Shown one piece after another: positions 8,051 through 17,679 of a stretch of 47,959 nucleotides of DNA (its first letter is position 1; every line of letters starts with the position of its first letter). The stretch lies in assembly GCA_963996865.1 (NCBI GenBank), contig CAXEHY010000047.1, positions 1 to 47,959 on the forward strand, in the 5' to 3' direction. A program made the translations under genes and the position numbers. Under the pieces are notes generated by a model that worked only from the letters and a program-made list of their open reading frames with translations, did not search any database and had not been told where the DNA came from. This DNA comes from an uncultured Flavobacteriales bacterium (GTDB taxonomy: Bacteria; Bacteroidota; Bacteroidia; Flavobacteriales; SAT41).

Positions 8051-9207
8051 TTAAACTTCTTTTTTAAAAAATTATTTATTTCAAAATCGGTTTCTAACAA
8101 ATCACTTATTGTTGGATTAGAGACAAAAGTAATATTTTCTAAACAAAGGTCAATGATTTTATATATATCTAAAAAATTTATTTTTTTATTTAAAAACAAA
8201 CTAACCGCTTGTTCATTAGCGGAATTAAAAACACAAGGACAATTTCCTCCCTTTTTCACCACATCGTAAACGATTTTTAAAGAACGAAAAACATCGGTGT
8301 CTAGTTTTTCAAAACTCATAGTAGGTTTTGTTAAAAGATTAAGAGAAGGGAATTTAGATTTTTCTCTTTTAGGGTAAGATAAAGCGTATTGTATTGGAAC
8401 TTTCATATCAGGAAGACCCAGCTGAGCGATAACAGAAGTGTCTTCAAACTCCACAAAAGAATGTATTATAGATTGCGGATGAACGATAAAATCAATTTCA
8501 TCTATATTTAAATCAAAAAGCCATTTAGCTTCAATTATTTCCAAAGCTTTATTCATAAGGGTTGCAGAGTCAACAGTGATTTTTTTACCCATAGACCAAT
8601 TAGGGTGTTTTAATGTTTGTTTTACAGAAACACTACTTAAATTTTTTAAACTAAAACCTCTAAAAGGCCCCCCAGAGGCCGTCAAGGTTATTTTTTTAAC
8701 AGGGTTGATTTTTTCTCCCTGTAAACATTGAAAAATAGCAGAATGCTCAGAATCTATAGGAATAATTTCAACCTTATTTTCTTTTTTCAAATCATTTATA
8801 ATATGCCCCCCAACAACCAAACACTCTTTATTGGCCAAGGCAATTCTTTTTTTTGCTTTTATAGCTGATATTGTCGGAAGTAGGCCAGCAAACCCAACAA
8901 CAGCCATTAAAACAATGTCTATTTTCTCAAAAGACATTATCTTGCATAGATCCTTTGAACCAACAAGCACCTTTATATTATGTTTTTTTAATTTTTTATT
9001 TGTGTAGTTGTATTTTGTTTTATCATTTATAACAACATAATCAGGTAAAAACTCAACAGCTTGTTTTATTATTAGGTTAACATTTTTATTAGTCGACAAG
9101 ACAGAGACGTTAAACAAGTTTTTCAAATTTCTTATAACCTCTAAAGACTGGGTTCCAATAGAACCCGTTGACCCTATTACGGCAATATTTTTTTTAACTT
9201 TCTTCAT
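8047..9207 (-). CDS. dxr: 1-deoxy-D-xylulose-5-phosphate reductoisomerase
   Basis: 386 aa with the NADPH motif IAVIGSTGSIGTQSL, plus LANKECLV and IPIDSEHSAIFQC. Confidence 0.95.
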   Translation of the reverse strand: MKKVKKNIAVIGSTGSIGTQSLEVIRNLKNLFNVSVLSTNKNVNLIIKQAVEFLPDYVVINDKTKYNYTNKKLKKHNIKVLVGSKDLCKIMSFEKIDIVLMAVVGFAGLLPTISAIKAKKRIALANKECLVVGGHIINDLKKENKVEIIPIDSEHSAIFQCLQGEKINPVKKITLTASGGPFRGFSLKNLSSVSVKQTLKHPNWSMGKKITVDSATLMNKALEIIEAKWLFDLNIDEIDFIVHPQSIIHSFVEFEDTSVIAQLGLPDMKVPIQYALSYPKREKSKFPSLNLLTKPTMSFEKLDTDVFRSLKIVYDVVKKGGNCPCVFNSANEQAVSLFLNKKINFLDIYKIIDLCLENITFVSNPTISDLLETDFEINNFLKKKFK

Positions 9208-10705
9208 TTATTGATAAAATTTTTTCAGCAATAGTATTATTATTACTAATTCTTTGAGGTTTGTTTTGTCCACCTAAACGATCCATTTTTTCCATATACT
9301 TATTAAAGACTCCCTTTTTTACAAATTTTATTTTAAGATCAGAAATAACATTACCAGTTATTAGGTCCTTGTAGTATGAGTTTTGTTTCATTAACGACTT
9401 TTGAATAATTTTTGCTACAACCTCGTTGTTTTTTTCTATCCCTTCTAATATACAAAAATGTCCCCCCTTTTGTCCTTGTTTTATTTCAGGATACAAATGA
9501 AAGTCTTCTATAATGATTTCGGCCTCTAGCTCAGCTTCTTTTATGGCTGATTCTATTTCTTTTATAATCAAATGTTCTCCAAAAGCAGAACAAAAATGTT
9601 TTATTCTCCCTGTAACAATTATTTTATAAGGATTTAGAGAAACAAACTCAACAGTATCTCCTATTAAATATCCCCATAAACCAGCAGAAGAGTTTATTAT
9701 TAAAGCGTAATTAGTTTTCAGCTCAACGTCTTTTAAAGAAATTCTTTCTTTTCTGTTATCTTGTAGGTTTTTAACAGATATAAACTCATAAAAAATATTA
9801 TTATTAAAACATAGAAACATTCCTTCTTCTTCGTCATTTTGATATGAAAAAAAACCCTCTGAGGCAGAAAAAATCTCTAAAGAATTAATCTCTTGACCTA
9901 TCAAGGTTTTTATTTTTTTTTCATAAGGAGTGTAATTAACTCCACCGTACACTAAAAGAGACAAACCCGGGAAAACATCTTTTATTTTTTTATTTCTAAT
10001 ATTATATATTTTCTCAAAATACATTATAAGCCAAGGGGGGATACCAGCTATTGCTGTCATGTTTTTTTTTAAGGTTTTTTTAATAATTTCATCAAGTTTT
10101 TCCCCCCAGTCTTCAATAGAATTAACTTTAAAAGAAGGCATTCTTTTTGTTTTAAGATAAAAAGGAACATGAGAGGCAACTATCCCTGAGAGCCTTCCGG
10201 TTTTTATTTTATTTTTTTTAGTTAAAACAGGGGACCCTTGTAAAAAAATCCAAAACCCTTTCAAACATTTAACATTTTGTTTTCTATATATATGAGAAAA
10301 CAGCGCATCTCGCATACACTTTATTTGAGTTTTTAAAGCATCTTTAGTTAAAGGAATATATTTTTTCCCTGAAGTTGTTCCTGAGGTTTCGCAAAAATAT
10401 AGAGGGCGTCCAGGCCATAAAACATTTTTTTCTCCAAAAGATATTTTTTCTATATAAGGTTTTAAATCTTCGTATTCTTTTATAGGAACAAAATTTTTAA
10501 AATCTGAATACGTTTTTATTCTTAAAAAAGAATTTTCTTTACCATACAAGGTTTTAGTTCCTTTTTTAATCAAAAAACGCAAAGTTTGTTGCTGTCTTTT
10601 TAAAGCTTCTTTTTGTTGTTTTTCGATTTTCAAAAAAGTCTTTTTAGACCAAAAAGAAATTATTTTTTTAAATAAAAAATAAAGACCAGTATTATCTAAA
10701 TTCAT
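9194..10705 (-). CDS. GH3 (auxin-responsive promoter) family acyl-adenylate-forming protein
   Basis: 503 aa with the motif FCETSGTTSGKKYIP. The overall layout is typical of Bacteroidota GH3-family proteins. Confidence 0.75.
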   Translation of the reverse strand: MNLDNTGLYFLFKKIISFWSKKTFLKIEKQQKEALKRQQQTLRFLIKKGTKTLYGKENSFLRIKTYSDFKNFVPIKEYEDLKPYIEKISFGEKNVLWPGRPLYFCETSGTTSGKKYIPLTKDALKTQIKCMRDALFSHIYRKQNVKCLKGFWIFLQGSPVLTKKNKIKTGRLSGIVASHVPFYLKTKRMPSFKVNSIEDWGEKLDEIIKKTLKKNMTAIAGIPPWLIMYFEKIYNIRNKKIKDVFPGLSLLVYGGVNYTPYEKKIKTLIGQEINSLEIFSASEGFFSYQNDEEEGMFLCFNNNIFYEFISVKNLQDNRKERISLKDVELKTNYALIINSSAGLWGYLIGDTVEFVSLNPYKIIVTGRIKHFCSAFGEHLIIKEIESAIKEAELEAEIIIEDFHLYPEIKQGQKGGHFCILEGIEKNNEVVAKIIQKSLMKQNSYYKDLITGNVISDLKIKFVKKGVFNKYMEKMDRLGGQNKPQRISNNNTIAEKILSINEES

Positions 10706-10724
10706 TATAATTATTTAAAATACA

Positions 10725-11558
10725 TTAATAAAATAAAAATCTTTCAGGGTTTAAAACCTCTCCATCTAACCACATTTCAAAATGTAAATGAGGGCCTATT
10801 GATAATTTTCCGCTATTACCCACAACACCTAAAACATCTCCCGCCTTAACAGACTCCCCCACGGAACAAACAGTTTTAGAGGCATGTTTATAAACACTGG
10901 TTATCCCAAAAGGATGACCTACAACAACAACCCCTCCGTCTAATTCTCCCCAGTCCACAAAAATAACCACGCCATCAAAAACACTTTTAAAAAAAGCTTC
11001 TTTTTTCCCAACAATATCTATTCCGAAATGTTTTGTCTCTTTATTAAACCCGCTAGAAATCATCCCCTCCAGAGGGTTGAAAAAAACTAAATTTTTTAAA
11101 TTTTTTATTTTCACATCATAAGAATAATTTATATTTTCTTCTAATTCAATTTCTTGTCTTAAGATAGAGTCTTCAATTATTTTATTAACGTTATAAAAAG
11201 GAACAGACAAATGAGATTCCGTGTTGACAGAATCTTGTATTTCCTCTCCTGTCAATATTTTTTTTAATATTTCAAGTTGTTGGTTTTTAAAGCTCACAAC
11301 ATCACACAGAGAGTCTATTTTTGCACCAGTTTTTAGAAACTCTTCATTCAACAAAATTTCTTTATATCCTGGGATTATTTTTTTCAAGGGAGTATAAGAA
11401 AATAAAACAAAATAAAACAAACCCCCCATCATAAGAAAAAATAAAAAATAAAACAAAAAAGACAACAACTTGATTTTAAAAGAAAAAAGTGTTTTGAAAC
11501 TTGTTTCCTCAGACACAGTAAACCTAAAAAACTTTTTTAAAAAATCAAGTAACACCAT
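10725..11558 (-). CDS. M23 family metallopeptidase, membrane anchored
   Basis: 277 aa with an N-terminal TM segment and the C-terminal motifs HFGIDI..., GNSGKLSIGPHLHFEMW. Confidence 0.85.
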   Translation of the reverse strand: MVLLDFLKKFFRFTVSEETSFKTLFSFKIKLLSFLFYFLFFLMMGGLFYFVLFSYTPLKKIIPGYKEILLNEEFLKTGAKIDSLCDVVSFKNQQLEILKKILTGEEIQDSVNTESHLSVPFYNVNKIIEDSILRQEIELEENINYSYDVKIKNLKNLVFFNPLEGMISSGFNKETKHFGIDIVGKKEAFFKSVFDGVVIFVDWGELDGGVVVVGHPFGITSVYKHASKTVCSVGESVKAGDVLGVVGNSGKLSIGPHLHFEMWLDGEVLNPERFLFY

Positions 11559-11615
11559 ACTTATAACAAATATTATAAAACCTCAAGTATATTATAAATA
11601 AACAGTAAAATAAAA

Positions 11616-11623
11616 TAAATTTG
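11616..11623 (+). promoter_or_regulatory. Candidate Bacteroidota -7 box TAAATTTG upstream of the sprE-like gene
   Basis: Exact TAnnTTTG match 36 nt upstream of ATG 11659, in the 100-nt divergent intergenic region. Confidence 0.35.
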
Positions 11624-11658
11624 CTTAAAATCTGTTTATTTACAGAAAAAAAGCAAAT

Positions 11659-14211
11659 ATGTTTTTATTACGCAATATAGTTTTAGGAGTTTTAATTACG
11701 CTTTGTTCATGTTCTACAACAAAAAATAACTTCTTTTCTAGAAGTTATCATAACACCACTTCCAGATACAATGCTTATTTTAACGCGAAAACGAATGTCA
11801 CTTTTTGCGAAAAAGATTTAGAGAAAAACTTTATAGAATCCTATGATAAGATTTTAGATTTTTACAAAACAAATAAAGAGGGATCTGTTTACAACAACAA
11901 ACTAGATAAAGCTATAAAAAAAGCAACAAAAAACATAGTTACACATTCAATAATAGATCAAGGAAAAGAATACTGTAAATGGGTAGACGACAGCTATTTA
12001 ATAGTTGCAAAATCTTATTATTACAAAAAAGACCACATAAAAGCAAAAGAAGTTTTAAAATATATTATAGGAACCTATAAAGACAGAGATGTTGTTTTTG
12101 AAGCTCAAATACTATTAGTTAAATGCTATATAGAGACAAAAGACACATATTTTGCCAAAATAGAAGCAGAAAAAATAAAAGCAAACACAAAAAAAGAAAT
12201 AAAAAAATTAAAATTAGTGTTGTCGTATATTTATTTTTTAGACAAAAACATAGAAAAATCAATCGAAGAAATGAAAACAGTCGTGTCGTCAGAAAAAGAT
12301 ATAAGTCAAAAAACGAGATACACATACATATTAGCTCAGCTACATGAAGAAGTAAAAATGTTTCAAGAAGCTTATAATTATTATAAAAAAGCAATTAAAA
12401 TGTCTTCAGATTACGAAATGACATTTAATGCAAAAATAAAAAGCGCAAAAGTAGTAGATATACAAAAAAACACAACAACAGAAATAGAAGAGGAGTTAAA
12501 AGACATGTTAAAAGATGATAAAAACACAGATTATTATTATCAAATATACTTAAGCTTAGGGGAGTTAAGTTTAAGAAAAAAAGACACATCTTCAGCTGTT
12601 GCCCTTTTCTCTAAAGCTTCAAAAAACATTAACAACAACAACAGTTTCGAGTCACATCTTTATTTAGCTCAAATATTTTATAATAAAAAAAAATATAAAA
12701 GAGCACAAAAATACTATGATTCTACCATGGTTTATTTAACCAAAAAACATAAAAACTATAAAAACATAAAAAATAAGCAAGATAATTTAACAGATTTAGT
12801 TATTAACTTAAATATCATAGAAAATCAAGATAGTTTAATCATGGTTTCAAAAATGACAGAAGAAAAAAGAAACTCTTTGATAGATAAAATAATACAAAAA
12901 GCAATAAAAGAAGAACAAGAAGCAAGCAGGGGGAATATAAATCAGGGAAATTTCGGCGCTAATAACAACAATTTAGGATTAAATTCTTTTACACAAAACA
13001 GAATAGAAGAAGAACAAAACAGGCAATTTGGGTCAAATTGGTATTTTTATAACAATACAACTTTAACCTTTGGATATTCTAATTTTAAAAAAAGATGGGG
13101 AAAAAGAAAGCTAGAAGACAACTGGAGGAGACAAAATAAAAGCTCCGTATCATTAGAAGAGTATTACGCGACAAAAGATTCTTTAGAAAAAGATAATTTA
13201 GAAAACGACCCAAAAAAAAGGGAGACATATTTACAAAACATTCCTTTTACGGACGAAGAAAAAAAACAGGCATATTATAAAATAGTTTCAGCGATGTATA
13301 ATTCCGCGAAAATATATCAAGACAAATTATACGATGATTTTTTTGCGGAAAAGTATTTTTTAAATATAATATATCAATATCCAAATTCAAGCCTAGAGCC
13401 TTTGGTGCTCTTTAACTTAATTTTGTTTTATGATGAAAAAAACAATTTAACAGAAAAACAAAAACACCTACAAACGTTATTAAAAAAACACCCAAACAAT
13501 AAATATTCTTTTTTGTCAAAAAAAGAAAAAGAAACAAAAACAGACACTCTATATAAATATTTTACAGGATTATGGTATTCAAATAACTTTCAAAAAATCC
13601 TCAACACATATGATACGATTCCGTTAAAATCAAAAGATAATCCAGATATCGAGCTGGTAATTGCCGTAACAAAAGGACAAATTGAAGGAGCGGGTGAAAT
13701 GATAAAAGAATTGGAAAAAATAATAGAAAAAAATCCAAATCATGAAGCAAGCTTCAAGGCGGAAAAAATACTTAACAGCATAAACAAAAAAGAAGAAGTT
13801 GTTAAAAAAGAGCTCGAAAATCCAAACGAAACAAAAAAACAAAAACAAAAAAATTATACAAACGAAAAAAGCTCTAAATATTATTTTATGGTAATTTTTC
13901 CAAAAATAGAAACTACACCAGATAAAATAAAAAATATAATTTCAGATTTCCATACAGAAAATTATTCTTTATTAAAACTAAACATAAGTGATGTTATTTT
14001 CGGGAAAGACAAGTACGTTGTAATAATAAGAGACTTTCAAGATCTTTCCAGTGTAATAAAGTATTATAATCAAATTATGAAAAAAGAAGAAATAAAGGCA
14101 GCAACCAGCAATCAAGCCGAGTTGATTTTCATTACCTCTAACAATTTTCAAATATTTTTCAAAAACCAAGATTTAGATGGATATAAAAACTTTTTTAAAG
14201 AAACATATTAA
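11659..14211 (+). CDS. sprE: TPR lipoprotein, T9SS periplasmic component SprE/PorW-like
   Basis: 850 aa with lipobox LCSC followed by STTKNNFFSRSYHNTTSRYNAYFNA. This resembles the SprE/PorW N-terminus as I recall it. It also has TPR-like helical repeats and a K/E/N-rich middle. Confidence 0.55.
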   Translation: MFLLRNIVLGVLITLCSCSTTKNNFFSRSYHNTTSRYNAYFNAKTNVTFCEKDLEKNFIESYDKILDFYKTNKEGSVYNNKLDKAIKKATKNIVTHSIIDQGKEYCKWVDDSYLIVAKSYYYKKDHIKAKEVLKYIIGTYKDRDVVFEAQILLVKCYIETKDTYFAKIEAEKIKANTKKEIKKLKLVLSYIYFLDKNIEKSIEEMKTVVSSEKDISQKTRYTYILAQLHEEVKMFQEAYNYYKKAIKMSSDYEMTFNAKIKSAKVVDIQKNTTTEIEEELKDMLKDDKNTDYYYQIYLSLGELSLRKKDTSSAVALFSKASKNINNNNSFESHLYLAQIFYNKKKYKRAQKYYDSTMVYLTKKHKNYKNIKNKQDNLTDLVINLNIIENQDSLIMVSKMTEEKRNSLIDKIIQKAIKEEQEASRGNINQGNFGANNNNLGLNSFTQNRIEEEQNRQFGSNWYFYNNTTLTFGYSNFKKRWGKRKLEDNWRRQNKSSVSLEEYYATKDSLEKDNLENDPKKRETYLQNIPFTDEEKKQAYYKIVSAMYNSAKIYQDKLYDDFFAEKYFLNIIYQYPNSSLEPLVLFNLILFYDEKNNLTEKQKHLQTLLKKHPNNKYSFLSKKEKETKTDTLYKYFTGLWYSNNFQKILNTYDTIPLKSKDNPDIELVIAVTKGQIEGAGEMIKELEKIIEKNPNHEASFKAEKILNSINKKEEVVKKELENPNETKKQKQKNYTNEKSSKYYFMVIFPKIETTPDKIKNIISDFHTENYSLLKLNISDVIFGKDKYVVIIRDFQDLSSVIKYYNQIMKKEEIKAATSNQAELIFITSNNFQIFFKNQDLDGYKNFFKETY

Positions 14212-14256
14212 TTATTTTCTAATAATATTAAATTTATACAAACAAGTAAAATATTT

Positions 14257-14643
14257 ATGAGCAAATCAGACGAAATAAATTTAATTGGTTCAGGGACGAC
14301 AGTTAACGGAGATGTTATGTGCGATGGAGATATTAGAGTCGACGGGAAACTTAATGGATCTATAAAAACAAAAGGAAAGGTCGTTGTGGGGTCAACAGGT
14401 CTTATAGACGGAGACGTTGAATGTAAGAACGCGGAAGTGTCAGGAGAATTAAAAGCAAAAATCACAGTTTCAGAATTATTAGTTTTAAAAACACAAGCTA
14501 AACTTGACGGAGACATAACAACAAACAAACTTGCTATTGAGCCTGGGGCATCTTTTAGCGGCTCCTGTAGAATGGGAGCGGTTATAAAAAACCTAAAAAC
14601 TAAGCCAGAAAACAGACAGCAAGAAAAACCTAAAACAGCTTAA
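14257..14643 (+). CDS. Bactofilin (polymer-forming cytoskeletal protein)
   Basis: 128 aa. IGSGTTVNGDVMCDGDIRVDGKLNGSIKTKGKVVVGSTGLIDGDVECKNAEVSGEL.. is the beta-helical repeat signature of DUF583/bactofilin. Confidence 0.85.
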   Translation: MSKSDEINLIGSGTTVNGDVMCDGDIRVDGKLNGSIKTKGKVVVGSTGLIDGDVECKNAEVSGELKAKITVSELLVLKTQAKLDGDITTNKLAIEPGASFSGSCRMGAVIKNLKTKPENRQQEKPKTA

Positions 14644-14650
14644 AGCAAAA

Positions 14651-15016
14651 ATGTTTAAAAAACTTATTATAACGAACAAGAGGTTTATCGTTGTCTTTTT
14701 GTTTTCGTTTATTTTTATATATTTTAATCCATGGTTTACGGAAGAAAAAACACAAGCTGTCTTGTCAAATGTTTTCTTTTTTTTGCTTTTTACTTTTTCT
14801 TATAAGATTATATCAATGACCAAAAAAGTGGTTATTTATTCATTTGTTTTTTTAACAAAAATGCTTTTGTCTATATTATTATTGATAGCGATTTTAATGA
14901 TAGGAGAACACTTTTCTGGTAGATTGTTTTTCTTGTTTTACATTTTGTTATACTTTTTGTATAGCGGAGTTTTTTATTTCCAGGTTTTAAAAATAAACAA
15001 TGAAACAAGTAAATAA
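14651..15016 (+). CDS. Small polytopic membrane protein preceding the atp operon
   Basis: 121 aa with about 4 hydrophobic segments, sitting between the bactofilin and the AtpZ-like ORF. I recognise no motif. Confidence 0.45.
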   Translation: MFKKLIITNKRFIVVFLFSFIFIYFNPWFTEEKTQAVLSNVFFFLLFTFSYKIISMTKKVVIYSFVFLTKMLLSILLLIAILMIGEHFSGRLFFLFYILLYFLYSGVFYFQVLKINNETSK

Positions 15017-15042
15017 AAAAAAAAACACACTCATTTAAATAC

Positions 15043-15213
15043 ATGGGATTAGGGTTTCAGTTAATAATAAAAGTTTTTTTATGCGCTCTAATAGGACTAG
15101 AAATAGATAAAAAAACCCCCAACAAGAATCCCTGGGGTCTTATGATTATGTCAACAATAGGAGTTTTTGCGGTCTTATATTATGTTATAAAAGAGGTGTC
15201 AAAAAAAAAATAA
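15043..15213 (+). CDS. AtpZ/AtpI-like small membrane protein (56 aa, below the ORF-track cutoff)
   Basis: Translation: MGLGFQLIIKVFLCALIGLEIDKKTPNKNPWGLMIMSTIGVFAVLYYVIKEVSKKK. It has two TM helices with a (Y)xGLGFQ start, like AtpZ family proteins, and lies immediately upstream of atpB. Confidence 0.5.
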   Translation: MGLGFQLIIKVFLCALIGLEIDKKTPNKNPWGLMIMSTIGVFAVLYYVIKEVSKKK

Positions 15214-15243
15214 AAAAGACACTTTTTGTTTAGTCAAATTATT

Positions 15244-15251
15244 TATTTTTG
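15244..15251 (+). promoter_or_regulatory. Candidate -7 box TATTTTTG upstream of atpB
   Basis: TAnnTTTG match 16 nt upstream of ATG 15267. Confidence 0.3.
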
Positions 15252-15266
15252 AACAACTTTAAAACA

Positions 15267-16298
15267 ATGAGAAAAAAAATACTTGTTTTTTGTTTATCAA
15301 CCTTGTCTTTAATTGATTTTAATCCTTGTTTTGCGGCATCAGAAAATAAAAACGAAGGTTTTAATGCTGGAGACATGATCATGCATCATATTTTAGATTC
15401 TTATGAATGGCACATAATAAACATAAAAGACAAGCATATTACAATATATCTGCCAGTTATAATTTATTCAAAAGAAAGAGGATTAATTTTATTTTCATCA
15501 TCTAAGTTTCAAAATAAAACACATTCCTACAAGGGATTTATCATGGATCATGGAACAATTATAAGTAAAACTGGAGAAAAGTTTTATGACATCTCTATAA
15601 CGAAAAACGTTCTTTCTTTATTTATAAGCATAGCCTTGTTGTTATTTATATTTGTTGGGATAGGGAAAAAGTATACAAAAAACATTAAAAAAGCTCCAAA
15701 AGGATTACAGTCTTTTTTTGAGCCTATAATTTTATTTGTTAAAGATGACATAGTTCAACCCTCAATAGGAGAAAAAAACTATAAAAAGTTTTTACCATTT
15801 TTACTTACATTGTTTTTCTTTATATGGATAAATAATTTATTAGGGCTTATTCCTGTTTTCCCAGGAGGCGCAAATTTAACAGGAAATATAGCGGTTCCTT
15901 TTGTTTTAGCCACAATAATATTAATATTAACACTTATTAATGGAAAAAAAACATATTGGACTCATATTTTTGCAATGCCTGGAGTTCCAAAATGGGTGTT
16001 AACTATTTTAACTCCCATAGAAATTTTCGGTATTTTTTTAAAGCCTTTAGTTTTAATGATTAGGTTATTTGCAAATATTACCGCAGGACATATTATTATT
16101 TTATCTTTTTTTAGTTTAATTTTCATTTTTGGAGATTTATTTGGCAGCGTAGCTGGATACGGAGTTTCAGTTATGTCAATAGCATTTACTATTTTTATGA
16201 CAATGCTAGAGTTAATAGTTGCCTTTTTACAAGCATATGTTTTTACTTTACTGTCAGCAATGTATTTTGGCATGGCAGTCGAGGAAGGACATCATTAA
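15267..16298 (+). CDS. atpB: F0F1 ATP synthase subunit a
   Basis: It has the long Bacteroidota-type N-terminus, and LMIRLFANITAGHII contains the conserved Arg region. The ORF track starts at TTG 15249. ATG 15267 (MRKKILVF..) is the more likely start. Confidence 0.9.
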   Translation: MRKKILVFCLSTLSLIDFNPCFAASENKNEGFNAGDMIMHHILDSYEWHIINIKDKHITIYLPVIIYSKERGLILFSSSKFQNKTHSYKGFIMDHGTIISKTGEKFYDISITKNVLSLFISIALLLFIFVGIGKKYTKNIKKAPKGLQSFFEPIILFVKDDIVQPSIGEKNYKKFLPFLLTLFFFIWINNLLGLIPVFPGGANLTGNIAVPFVLATIILILTLINGKKTYWTHIFAMPGVPKWVLTILTPIEIFGIFLKPLVLMIRLFANITAGHIIILSFFSLIFIFGDLFGSVAGYGVSVMSIAFTIFMTMLELIVAFLQAYVFTLLSAMYFGMAVEEGHH

Positions 16299-16330
16299 AA
16301 CAAAGTATTAATTAATTAAATAAACACAAC

Positions 16331-16582
16331 ATGGAGACATTATTATTAGAAGCAGGAAACATAGGGATAGGTTATGGAGTAGCAGCCTTAGGAGCCGGGA
16401 TGGCAGCCTTAGGAGCCGGAGTAGGAATAGGAAGAATAGGCGGGGACGCCATGAACGCTATGGCTAGACAGCCAGAGTCAATGAACGACCTTAGAGCTAA
16501 CATGATCTTAATGGCCGCACTAGTAGAAGGAGCAGCTTTTTTTGCTATGGTTATAGGACTGTTAGTTATATTTACAAAATAA
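16331..16582 (+). CDS. atpE: F0F1 ATP synthase subunit c
   Basis: 83 aa with a Gly-rich helix 1, the ARQPE loop and the carboxylate in AALVEGAAFF. Confidence 0.9.
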   Translation: METLLLEAGNIGIGYGVAALGAGMAALGAGVGIGRIGGDAMNAMARQPESMNDLRANMILMAALVEGAAFFAMVIGLLVIFTK

Positions 16583-16623
16583 ATTTATAAACAACCAAAA
16601 ACATTTGGTTTAAAAATTTTAAT

Positions 16624-17118
16624 ATGAATTTAGTAACACCTGATTTTGGGTTAGTTTTCTGGATGCTTTTATCTTTTGGTATAGTTCTTTTTATTTTAAA
16701 AAAATATGCCTGGAAGCCTATTTTAAAATCTATAGAAGAAAGAAATAGTTTTATCAAAAAATCATTAGATTCTGCGGAAGAGGCAAAAAAAGAAATGGAA
16801 AACATGCAAGCGGATAACGAGGTTATATTAAGAGAAGCAAAAATAGAAAGAGACAAAATATTAAAAGAAGGAAGAGACATGAAGGATAATATAATAAATT
16901 CCGCAAAAGATGAAGCTCAGGCCGCAAAAGATAAGATTGTGAGCGAGGCTCATGAAAGCATAGAAAACATGAAAAAAGCAGCTATAACAGAAATTAATAA
17001 TCAAATTGCAACAGTTTCCGTGGAAATAGCAGAAAAATTATTAGAAGAAGAATTAAAAGATGAAACAAAAAACAAATCCCATGTTTTTAAATTAATGAAT
17101 AAAAAAACAAATGAATAA
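16624..17118 (+). CDS. atpF: F0F1 ATP synthase subunit b
   Basis: 164 aa with a single N-terminal TM segment followed by a long charged helix. Its position in the operon fits. Confidence 0.9.
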   Translation: MNLVTPDFGLVFWMLLSFGIVLFILKKYAWKPILKSIEERNSFIKKSLDSAEEAKKEMENMQADNEVILREAKIERDKILKEGRDMKDNIINSAKDEAQAAKDKIVSEAHESIENMKKAAITEINNQIATVSVEIAEKLLEEELKDETKNKSHVFKLMNKKTNE

Positions 17119-17668
17119 CGAAAGATTAGCTATTAGGTATTCAAAATCACTATATGTTTTGTCAGAAAAACAAAACAACACAGAAGTGGTTTTAAGAGAC
17201 CTAAAAGAGGTTTTATCTATTATAAAACAATCTAAAGATTTTAAAAACTTTTTATTATCTCCTATTTTAAAAACAAACACAAAAATTGAAATCATAAGAA
17301 AGGTTTTAGAGACAAGTATTTCTGAAAACACCTTAAAACATATTATTCTTATAACAAAAAACACAAGAGAGGCTTATTTAAGTCAAATAATAAGCAATTT
17401 TATTAAACTATACAGAAAACAAAAAAATATTTTAAGCATAAAGGTTAAATCACCCCATGGTGTTCATAAAGATCAAAAAGATTTGATTATAAAATATTTA
17501 GGATATTCAGAAAATCAAAAAATAGATTTTCAAGTAGAAATAAATAAAAGCTTAATAGGAGGATTAGTTATAGAAGTTGACGGGAAACAATTAGACATAA
17601 GCATATTATCTAAACTACAAACATTAAAAACAAAATTTTCGAAAAATCTTTATATAAAACAATATTAA
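17111..17668 (+). CDS. atpH: F0F1 ATP synthase subunit delta
   Basis: 185 aa with the OSCP-like start RYSKSLY. Its position in the operon fits, and it overlaps atpF by 8 nt. Confidence 0.85.
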   Translation: MNNERLAIRYSKSLYVLSEKQNNTEVVLRDLKEVLSIIKQSKDFKNFLLSPILKTNTKIEIIRKVLETSISENTLKHIILITKNTREAYLSQIISNFIKLYRKQKNILSIKVKSPHGVHKDQKDLIIKYLGYSENQKIDFQVEINKSLIGGLVIEVDGKQLDISILSKLQTLKTKFSKNLYIKQY

Positions 17669-17679
17669 AATAAAAAATT

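Noticed and set aside
14208-14528. Minus-strand 106-aa ORF overlapping the bactofilin gene
   Set aside because: It is antisense to a clear bactofilin beta-helix repeat sequence, has no signal or motif, and is a typical shadow ORF of a repetitive coding region.
15249-15266. TTG start at 15249 for atpB and the extended start at 19223 for atpG given by the ORF track
   Set aside because: Downstream ATGs (15267 MRKKILVF.., 19262 [11 protein letters not shown]..) give canonical N-termini. The 15249 start would also overlap the candidate -7 box.
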